DNA of 64,000 nucleotides from Bilabrum cf. latius (taxonomy: Eukaryota). Positions 37,487 to 47,300 of this stretch are shown piece by piece. A program made the position numbers and the translations under genes. How positions within the stretch are numbered: position 1 is the stretch's first letter; the number at the start of each line of letters is the position of its first letter. The stretch lies in NCBI GenBank assembly GCA_965178125.1, contig OZ237735.1:2108001-2172000 (forward strand). Reading direction: 5' to 3'. The notes beneath the pieces were generated by a model, which saw nothing but the letters and a program-made list of their open reading frames with translations, had not been told where the DNA came from and ran no database searches.

Positions 37487-38933
37487 CTCGATACCCATAG
37501 GAGGGCTTCCCGACCACCGGCATGCCAGCTCCTTTCCGATTCCGGCTCTGTGGAAACTGTTGCCAGTTCAAAATCCACCGGAGGCCTCGCGCGTTCTCCA
37601 CCACAGGCAAGACGACAGCTCCATGAACTCGGCTGGTAGAAGTTAATAGTTTAGCCGAGTCATGGGCACCATCTGCTGCGCAGGAGGTGTCGCGATGACC
37701 ATTGAGTGCCGGACTCCACCAGCCCATTGCACTCATGTCCCCATTCCCGTCTCCATCGGGCCATGGGGGTGGAGGACGCCCTGACCTTCCTGCCCCTTCC
37801 CCGTTCTTCTGGTCTGACCCGCCTCCTGGAGGTCTGCCCCAGGCAGCGCCCTCCGTCCCTTCCTCTCCTGGAGGCCTGCCCCAGGCAGCGCCCTCCGTCC
37901 CTTCCTCTCCTGGAGGCCTGCCCCAGGCAGCGCCCTCCGTCCCTTCCTCTCCTGGAGGCCTGCCCCAGGCAGCGCCCTCCGTCCCTTCCTCTCCTGGAGG
38001 CCTGCCCCAGGCAGCGCACTCCGTCCCTTCCTCTCCTGGAGGCCTGCCCCAGGCAGCGCCCTCCGTCCCTTCCTCTCCTGGAGGCCTGCCCCAGGCAGCG
38101 CACTCCGTCCCTTCCTCTCCTGGAGGCCAACCCCACACAGCGCCCTCCGTCCCTTCCTCTCCTGGAGGCCTGCCCCAGGCAGCGCCCTCCGTCCCTTCTT
38201 CTCCTGGAGGCCTGCCCCAGGCAGCGCACTCCGTCCCTTCCTCTCCTGGAGGCCTGCCCCAGGCAGCGCACTCCGTCCCTTCCTCTCCTGGAGGCCTGCC
38301 CCAGGCAGCGCCCTCCGTCCCTTCCTCTCCTGGAGGCCTGCCCCAGGCAGCGCCCTCCGTCCCTTCCTCTCCTGGAGGCCTGCCCCAGGCAGCGCCCTCC
38401 GTCCCTTCCTCTCCTGGAGGCCTGCCCCAGGCAGCGCCCTCCGTTCCTTCCTCTCCTGGAGGCCTGCCCCAGGCAGCGCACTCCGTCCCCTTGATGTACC
38501 CATCCGCATCAGCTTCCAGTGGCTCTCCATCAGCAGCAGCCCAGCTGCCACTGGCCCCTCTCCGGGCCTTGATATTGTCGATCTCGGCGTGGCCTAGATC
38601 TGTGGTGGTTGTGCACTCCTCCAGTTTCACCTGGCTCGCTGGAGGGCTAGTGTGCGAAGACCGCGATTGGTCGGGATCCTCCTCGCGGGTGAACGTGTTG
38701 ATAGCCGTTGGTGTCGATACACTTGCTGCTGCTTGGGTCTCTGGCTCTGGTTCTGTAGCCTTGTCCTTCTTCTTCTTCTTCTTCTTCTTGGCCCGTTTCT
38801 TCCTGCGTGGCTGAGGTACGTCAAACTTTTCGGGCTCCAGGATGGCTTGGCGCCACTTCTCTCCTTCGGTAGTCTCAAGTTTGCCCATCTCTGTCCACTT
38901 GAATGAGCAGAATGCGATCGCGTTCTGGTAGTT
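37413..38933 (-). other. Open frame within the insertion encoding a Lys-rich patch and 14-aa tandem repeats; coding status uncertain
   Basis: PRRKKRAKKKKKKKKDK followed by ~16 x GTE[GC]AAWGRPPGEE; no recognisable domain; starts at an element junction. Confidence 0.35.
37821..38490. repeat. 42-bp GC-rich minisatellite, ~16 copies
   Basis: Unit GGCCTGCCCCAGGCAGCGC(C/A)CTCCGTCCCTTCCTCTCCTGGA in direct tandem with few substitutions; one variant unit near 38125. Confidence 0.97.
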
Positions 38934-39111
38934 GTGAATCTGAAAAAGTCGTATCATTACATTCACTCATCATCATCACCTTCGAGATCTCACAATGGAC
39001 CCTCGTCCAAAGCTCAAACTCTGTGGCACTCGTCGAGGCTCCCGAGTTCACTCAGGATGACCTAGCAGCACCTATTGCCCGCCGTGGTGGGGTTGTGGTG
39101 CAGCTAAGGCT
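38934..39111. repeat. 178-bp direct repeat, copy 3, followed by (GAATCT)3 at ~39125-39142
   Basis: Identical to 37115-37292. Confidence 0.95.
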
Positions 39112-39275
39112 CCTGGATCCTCGGGAATCTGAATCTGAATCTGATTTAGGGTCAAGCATAACCGAACAATGGGTGCTGCACAAGACAGCATAACCATGAC
39201 GGTGGACTTTCGTCCGCAACCATACAGATGAAAGATTCACCACTTCCATCTGCAGGTCCCATCCACTCCGTCTTC

Positions 39276-41186
39276 TCACCATCCATACAGACTTGCTCGT
39301 GGCGCCATCCGCCTTACCAATCTCGTCTGCAGTGCCTCGTTGACGTCATTCTACCTGTTCCAAAGCTTCCTTTCTCCGTCCCTCAACCTAACGGTTCCTC
39401 GGATCGCTCTTAGCCCAGTCCTGCACCATATCTCCTCCATCTACTTTCGCACGCCTCTCATCTTCCGCTCATCCGGTCGTCCTCTAGGTCTCCCCCAATT
39501 CGTCCATCTCTCTAGCCCAGTCACAAGAGTTGGCCATGCTGACAAGGATGTTCCTCGCCATCTCAGCATCCGACACCGCGTCGGGTACCTACTCCATGCG
39601 TTCTCCATTGCGTCCAGGAATCCACTCAGTTCCTTCCTTTGCACTTCCTCCTTGATCCTGTGCACTACCTACCTCATCCTTGGAATTGCTGCTCCCTTGG
39701 ATGACTCAATCGGCTCCGACTCCCAGGGTTTCTCTGTCCATGGGGATCGTCCATCCACCTCCTTCACCAGCAACTTCGTCGTCTGCTCCGTCGTGCCCTG
39801 GCCCGATTGCCATCGCTGAACCAACCTCCTCACCTGACGCTGACCTTCTGGTGTAAGCACCGTCGGCCGTGGCAATATCATGCACCGAGCCTTAAGTGCC
39901 AATCTCCCAAGGTTCCCCCGGTTCTGTACCCCCGCGAGCTTTGGGATAGCCCCTGGTCCGAACACTCCCAACTAGGACCCGTCCATCCACTCTCGTACCA
40001 TAGCATAGGCAACTGCATCGTGTTTCTGCGCCCTGGGGATCGCCCTATTCCCTCGTAGTGTAGCGTACATGAGGTCCATGTACAGCTTCTTCGTACCCGA
40101 GTGACCCGACAGAGCCTTTTGTGCGATCCTAGTCATTTCAGCCTTCGCCAGTTGCCGTATAGCGTCCTTGCGGACCACTTCCGCCGTTGCTCCTCTAGCA
40201 AGAACCTCCTCGTCCCTGACCGTCCATCGTCTCAGACACTCCCCCGCTGCATCGAGGGGTCCAGTCCCAGCCCCGCCATCTCGAACTTTGTTGAATACTG
40301 CTCTCTTGAAAGTGGCCCAGGGTGACGTGTTCCTAACCGGTTCTCGTACCACCCATACCGCCCGAAGCAGTTGCAGGTGAACCCTTGATGCGGCGTCCGC
40401 CGGTAGTACCTCAATGTCACATACCGACGTGCCTGGTTTCCTAGGTCCGATCACTTTCGGGTAGGCTTCCATCTTCCCAAACACTAGCGCTGACCTGACC
40501 TCCTGTAACAATCTATCCATTGTTTCGAGTGCCTCAGCGTTCATGGTTATCCCGTCTCTCTCGATGGTCCTCTACCCCAGGACCTCCTCCCACCCGGTCA
40601 CTGGCACTGCAGCCTCTGATCCATACAGCATCCCCATCACCGTCGTCTGATAGAGTAGCTGTGCATGAAGCTTAATTCCCCAGTTGCACTCCACAGCTGC
40701 CCTGGTAACAAGTTGACCATTCATTCGGGCCATGCTGACCCTACAGTGCACGTGTGGCATCATGTCCACCGCATGATACTTCTCCTTCGGTGAGCTCCCC
40801 TATATCACCCTCACTGATATTCGCAACCCGAGGTACTTGTACGCCCGTACGACTGGAACATCTCTGCTCTCTGCAGCTCCTGCCTGTTGCAACTCTACCG
40901 CATCCACCGAATGCCCCTTGCGTTCAAATTCTTCTGCCGCTCGCCCGAACGGCATAAACGCTGTCTTCTCCCCGATTCCGTTCACTCCTGTTTTTTTGAT
41001 CCCTAGAGTCAACCCAGCCGCCCGCGCCAACTTCGACATTTTCGCGTACGCCCTCAAGGCTAATCGCCTGTTGCGGACCAGTATCACGTAGTCGTCTGCG
41101 TATGCTGCGTGCATAACGTAAATGGACTTATTCCGGTACCTGAGTCTGACTGGGGCTGCCCCTTCAGCCAGGAGTTCGCGCCTCAT
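39276..41186 (-). pseudogene. 5'-truncated non-LTR reverse transcriptase ORF (RT motifs 5-7 plus C-terminal region), 637 codons
   Basis: HAAYADDYVIL...AGLTLGIKKT...RAYKYLGLRIS is typical of LINE-type RT. Five ORF-track pieces plus the tail form one frame broken only by TAG (40800, 40572, 39972, 39669, 39441, ~39351), ending at TGA 39278-39276. RT motifs 1-4 are absent. Confidence 0.82.
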
Positions 41187-41323
41187 GGTCCAGTGCCAGT
41201 GCCAGTGGTGCGCTTCGGAAGTGTTGCTTCTCGTTCTCTAAACTACAACTGAATCTACTGTTACAGCTCAAGTCACATTGTCTAATTGCAAATAACGGCG
41301 AATTTCAGCCGTGGGCTGCAAGG

Positions 41324-44300
41324 TCAGTCATCGAGTGACCGGCCCCGCACCTCTGGAGTAGCAGTAGCCTCGCTGACCTCCGCCAGGGTGGAGAGGCCTG
41401 TTGCGCCAGCCGTCACGTTCCCTTTATCGTCCACCTCCTGGTCCACAAGCCCGCCAATATCCAGCGGTGACGACGCGCCGCTGCTCGCCTTCACTCCTGC
41501 GACCCCATCCGAATCCAAGCCGGCCTTGTGCCTGGACTCGAGGATGTTTGCCACGGATCCCATGGAGAACGACGGCATGCGACGAGAGGTTAGAACCGCC
41601 TGCGCGAAGCTGGTGTACCTCCTGAGGTTCCTTTCGAAAGACTCCGGCCTTCTGAGGCCAGAAGGAGACAGCGCACTCCCAGCCCCGCCCACCCTGGAGC
41701 CCCGCGGGCTGGCTGGCCGCCCGCTGGTGGACCTTGGAGGTCCCACGCTGCCGCCCTCGTCATCAGAAGGCAAGTTTCCGCCGGCCGCTGCCTGCAGTGC
41801 CATCGCTGACGATCTTCTCCGCCCCATGCCGCCTGCGACAGCAGAGGCCGCACCGTGCTGCATCAGCAGAGCGTTCACGTCCTCGCTCCCTGAAGCGGTG
41901 TCAGACGCAAAGCACAGCTTCAGGCAGCTCTGCAGCATCGATCGAGCTCGGGCCACCGTCGATCGCATCGAAGCTGCCTTCACCATGCTAGGGGCGCCCT
42001 CCCCGCCCCCGCGCACCGTCTGCGCGCACGACATCGCCACACAGAGGCTCATTGCCAGCTCCCCTGCCCGCTCCAGTGCATCGGCGCGCACGACCATCGT
42101 GCCCGGCTGCAGCTTCACGCCTTTGGCAGCCGAAAGTCCCTCAGGAAGCCACATGAAGTCGTTGCCGGGAGCGGCAAGCGCCGGGTCAGCCGGTTTCGGG
42201 AACGCCGTCGCCACAACGATCCTCCGGACCAGCCCCAGCTTCATGGACTTCCTGCCCTCGAGGTCGTCCTCAAGGGGGGCATTCTGCAGCAATGCTGCCA
42301 TGCGGCGCGCAAACCGCAGACGGACGACCTGTCTTGGATCCAGCTCGGAAATCTCCGCATCCTTGTCCGGCAGCACGACGGCAAGCGGCCCGCGGTCTCC
42401 ATGCTTTGCAGGCAGCTCGGCAGACTCCGATGACTCGTCGTCCTCCGTAGTGAAGCCCCGCGGGGCGGTCGGTGGAATGAGGAGAGCCAGTGGTCTGGTG
42501 GACGAAGTTGTGGTCGCAAGCTGCATGTCTTCAGCCTTCGATTCTCCATCCTCGGCGCCGCCGGGGGCAGTGAATCCAGCACGTCGTGGCGTCGACTGCA
42601 CCTTACGTATGAGCTGCTCAATCCTGTCCAGCCTTTCTTTGAGCGCAGCCTTGGTGCGTGAGTCCATGGCTGCAGCGGTCACAGCCTACTCGCCTCCATG
42701 CGGGCCCGCCCCGTCCACGGAGCCCGCCGCGGTTCCGTAGCTCGGGTCAGTCACGCCCAGGTTGGAATCCAGGGTAAGCTCCTCCTCCCCACCGCTCTCT
42801 CCGCTCTCCTCCTTCTCGTCGCCCTCCTCAATGGCCTCGCCTAGCCCCGTCATCTCGCCCATGCCATCCGATGCCTTGCTCTCGCTGGCGCCTGCTCCCG
42901 CTCTCGAATCGGCCGCAGCCTTCTGCTGCGACTCGCTGGCCGCGCCCACAGGCTCAGCCAAAGCATCAATATCGGTCAATGAGCCCTTCTTCTCCAGCAC
43001 ATCGGCATAGCCAGCCGAATGCTGATGAGCAGGCTAGCCGAGAAGCCCACCCATGCCTCGTCCCATGCTACCGGAAGCCTTAAGGCCCTACAGCTGCGAC
43101 CTCAACTACTCGGTCGAGGGAGCCCCCTTGGCCCCAATCGTCAGCCGGCGGCCCGGCAGGGCCGAGCCTCGCCCGAGTGCACCGGTCCGGCCGCGGAGCA
43201 GTGCAGCCCTGGTCCCTGCGCGCGGCGCCATGCTGCCCAAAGCCGCGCTGCCCCGCTTCGACATGACGCCATGCAAGGCATGCGACCTCGCCTTGAGGTC
43301 CTCCTCCTCGCGCTTGAGCCGCTCCTGGCGCTTTGCGAGATCATCCTGCATCTTTCGAGCAGCTGCCTCCCTGCGGCGCTGCGCCCGCCGCTCCAGCCGA
43401 GCACGAAGCTTCTCGTCATGTGCCCTGCGCTGCTCCTCGAACTTGGCCTCCAGTTGCTGACGCTCAGCCTCCAGCTGCTGCAGCAGCCGCTCCCGCTCCT
43501 TCTGGTCGAGATGCTGCGCTTTCTCCATTGCCTCCTTCCGGGCCGTATCTTGCTCTGCCTCCATGGCCCGGCGACGCCTCGCAAGCGCCTCTTCGGCCCT
43601 CCTCCGCTCCTCGGCCAGCTGCCTCTCGTGGTCCTCCTCGAGCTGCTTGAGGGCTCGATCGTTGTCCTCCCTAATCTTCCTCTCCAGCTCCTCCTTCTCC
43701 TTCTTGATGCTCTCGAGCCGCGTTATCTTTTCGGATTCCATCTCTTCCTCGAATCGGCGCAGCTCCTCCGCCTCCCTCGCAGCCTCCTCTGCCTCCCTGC
43801 GCCGCAGAGTCTCGTGCGGCGTCAGCTTCTGCAGGGCACCGGCAATCTCGGCGAGCTGCCGCTGCCGAAGGGTCAGCTGCTGCCTCGCGTGTTTGGCCTC
43901 CAGCTGCTCCCGCAGGCTGGTCTCCGCTTCCTCCTGCTGCGCCTTGTGCTCCGCTGTGATCTGCTGCCGACGAGCCTCCACGTCCTCCGGAGAGGCGCCC
44001 AGGGACTCTAGCTCGGAGAGTTCCTCGTCAAGCCTAAGGCGTAGCTCGCCCTCGCTGCTCTCCAGCAGCTGACGGAGCTTGCGCGTGCGGTCGGCGTACT
44101 GCTTTGACAGCAGCGTGCTGGTTTCTCTGCCGTGGCGCTGCTGCATCACGGCCTCAACGGTCTCACCACTCAGCTCTGCCATCTTGGCATCGGAAGCCAC
44201 AGCGCTCTGAGCCGAAGCCGCGCGGGAAGCTTGCGCCTTTTGCAGCGCGCGCATCTCTCGCTTGTGAGCTGCTTCTGCCTTGGCGGCATCCTCTGCCTCC

Positions 44301-47300
44301 TTGGCTCTCTCTTGCGCTTCCTCCTTCTCTTTCTGCTGCTTTGTGAGCATCTTTAGCCTGCGGCGTTCCTTTCGCGCTGCCAGCTGCTTGTTGAGGTGCT
44401 CTTGCTGCTTGCGAGACTCTTCCGATTTGCGGCCCTCGAGTTCTGCCATGTCCTTCTCGAACTTCTCGCGGGCCCGAGCGGCAGTGTCCGCGTCCTAATT
44501 CTCGGCGGCCTGTACCTCCAGCTCTGCCTCTCTGCGCTTGCGCTCGATTTCCTGCCTGCGCTTCTCTTCTGCCAGCTGGGCCTTCTCGCGCAGCGCCTGC
44601 TCTTCCTCCTCGTCCTGCTTGCGCGCTGCCTCAGCCTCTAGCTCGTGCTACCTGTCCAAGTTGGCTTGCTCCTCGGCAGCCGCCGCCTGCAGCTGCGCCA
44701 GCTGCTGCATCTCCTCGCGGTTGATGCGCCCGGTAACAACCGACCCGCGACGGCCATGGCCCCCAGATGCCGAGGCAGCGGCGGCGCCATCGTCATCACC
44801 ATCGCCGGCAGCTTCGGCAAGAATAGCGTCCACCTCGTCCGTTTCGTGCTGCAACTCGTCGCGCACGCCCTCCGCAATCTTTGAGCGTACTTTGCCGAGG
44901 CCCTTCCGCTCCAGCTCGTGTCTCTGCCGAAGATCGCGCATCCGAGCCCCGCGGCGCTCCGCAAGCTTCGCTTTTAGAGCAGCCTTCCTGGCTGCCTTGG
45001 TCATCGCAGTGTTCTCGTCGGCTCGACCGGTTGTCTCGTCCACGGCCCCGGCCTTCTCCGCCAGCACAGCCCCCGCGGCTGCAGAGGCGGCGGCTTCTGC
45101 AGCGGCCACTTCAGCACGCACAGCGGCCGACTCCTCATCTGCTGCCAGTCGACGCTTAGCAAGCCTCTCGTGCTCGAGCAGTTCCTCCTCTCGCGCCTTC
45201 TCCTGCGCTTCGAGCTCCTTTGCTTCCTGCTCCTCCTCCTCGGCCAGCTCCTGCTCGGCCTGTTCCGCGATTCCCAAGGCATCCTGACCGGCCTGATCCA
45301 ACAGACCTACCGCACGCTGACGCAACCGCTCCGCGGCGTCTGGATCCTGGGCAGCAACGCGCTGCGCCTCGATGCGTGCCTCCTCGGCGGCGCTCGCAGC
45401 ACGAGCGAGAGCGGCCTCTCGCTTGGTGCGCACGAGCTCCATCTTTCTCTGGCGCCTATCCTTGAGCCTTCGCCTGAGCTCCGCGGCGTGACGGCGCTGC
45501 TCGGCTTCGAGAGCCTGGGACCGAGCCTCCTGGTCCTGCTCGTACTGAGCGCGAAGCCGCTACACCTCCTCCTCTGAGCGCAGCTCAGCCTGTGCCACGG
45601 ACTCGGCAGCAGCATCGAGGCGTTTGGACGCGGCTTCGTCTGCATCCGCCCTCGTCCTCACCTCCTTGACCTCGGCAGTATGCTTGTCACGCATTTGCTG
45701 CAGCTCCTCTCTAGAGGCCCCGCCCTGGACGAGCTCTTCCTCCTCGCGCTGGTGCTTGGCCGCAATGGCCCGAGCTCGCTTGGCGCGGCGGTCGCGAAGC
45801 CGCTGCTGCAGCTCGCCCTTGTGCCTTTGACGCTCCACCTGCAGCTTCTCGGACACTGCGCGCAGCTCTTGCTTGTAGGTCTCCACGAGCTTCTTTCGCC
45901 TATCCTCCAGCTCTTTCGCACGGTGCGCCTGCTACTCTTGCAACTCCTTTCGCTCCTTGGAGTCCTCCTTGTCTGCGTGCTTCTCGAGCTCGTCTTCCTC
46001 CTTGGCGTGTTTCTGCAGAGCTGTCCTCCGTTCCTCGTCGGTTCGCGCCTTGGCAAGCTCTTCTGCGTGCCTGCGGTGCATTTCTTGGCGCCTGCGGGCG
46101 CGCCGCTCCCGCAGCTTCTTCTCCAAAGCTTCCCTCTGGCGCCTTCGCTCTAGCTCGCCTGCCTCCTGCAGTGCTGCCACCTCCTTCTCGTGGGACTCCC
46201 GCAAGCGGTTGATCTCCTCGCGTGCCCGCTCCGTGGTGTGCTCGAGCTCCTTCATTCGCTCTTCATCGCCTTCTTCGTCGATCTGCGCAACTTCCGAATC
46301 CAGTGTTGAGCCAGCAGAGGCGCCCGCTGCTCCGCCCGCTGCTCCACCCTTGCCGGCATCGGACCCAGCACCAGGCCCAAACTCTTGCTCATGCTCTTCA
46401 AAGTCCTCCATGGCTCGGCGCTCCTCATCCTTGGCATCCTCCATAGCAACATTTCGCTCCTCTTCCTGCTTCTCACGAAGCTCCGCGGTCGCTTCCCGCG
46501 CTCTCTGGGCCACCATTGCTTCCGCCTTCTGGGCCGCAAGGCGGCGCTGGCGGTCGACACGGGCATTCCTGCGCTGCTCGAGCTGCGCCTCCATCTCCAG
46601 CTGGTGGCGCTGCTTCTCGCGGTCTAGCATGGCTTGCAGATTGGAAGCATCCTCATCGAACTTGGCCCGGATGCGCGAAGCCTCCTCTTCCGTTACTTCA
46701 CCGTCATCGATACGTTTCTGCAGGCCGTCTTCGAATGCTTTCTTCTCTTCCTCCTTCTGCTTCATCTCCTCTTCCTCCATGTCATCCATTTGCTACTGCA
46801 CCACCTCGGCTTCCTTCTGAACAGCTTCATCCGCCTTGGCTTCTATCGCCGCGTCGGCTTCCTCCCCAAGCACCTTGCGGGCCTTCTTGGCTAGCCGGGC
46901 CGCTTCTCTATCGGCATCGGTTCCGAACGCATCCGCAGCATTGTCTTCGTCGTCGCTGTCCTTGGGGCCTTCATCATCACTGGAATCAGAGTAGGACTCG
47001 ACGTCTGCGTGCTGTAAGAATGCGTCGCCTTCGGGATCACCGCTCTCATCTTCATCCTCCTTGCCCTCTGCCTCCGCAGCCTCCTCTTCAGCACGCATGG
47101 CGTCTGCCGATCGCTCGAGCGCCTTGTTGAGCTGCTTGATGAGGAGCCCAAGGCGGCGCTCGGGCTTGGTCCCGCCCGAGATTCCACCTTTCCCAGCGCC
47201 TGCAGCGTCCTCGCCGTCCTCCGCATCGCTGCCCTCGCCATCCACATCGTGCTTTGCGCGCAGCTCTTCAAGAACATCCTGCAACGTTCGGGACACCTCG

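Larger units (their letters stand above)
37118..41189 (-). mobile_element. Composite 5'-truncated non-LTR retrotransposon insertion flanked by CCAGTG
   Basis: RT C-terminal motifs at the upstream end; repeated 3'-end-like units ending in (T/A)CAGATTCAC on the minus strand; CCAGTG at 37112-37117 and (CCAGTG)3 at 41190-41207. Confidence 0.72.

Noticed and set aside
37821-38490. CRISPR array
   Set aside because: Contiguous tandem units with no unique spacers, no cas genes, eukaryotic context.
37115-39111. LTR retrotransposon, or Penelope pLTR with hammerhead ribozyme
   Set aside because: The repeats do not flank the RT, lack TG...CA ends and a PBS, and the RT motifs are LINE-like. I could not find a canonical CUGANGA...GAAA core.
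39144-39150. Telomere-like TTTAGGG next to the (GAATCT)3 run
   Set aside because: Single unit, expected by chance.
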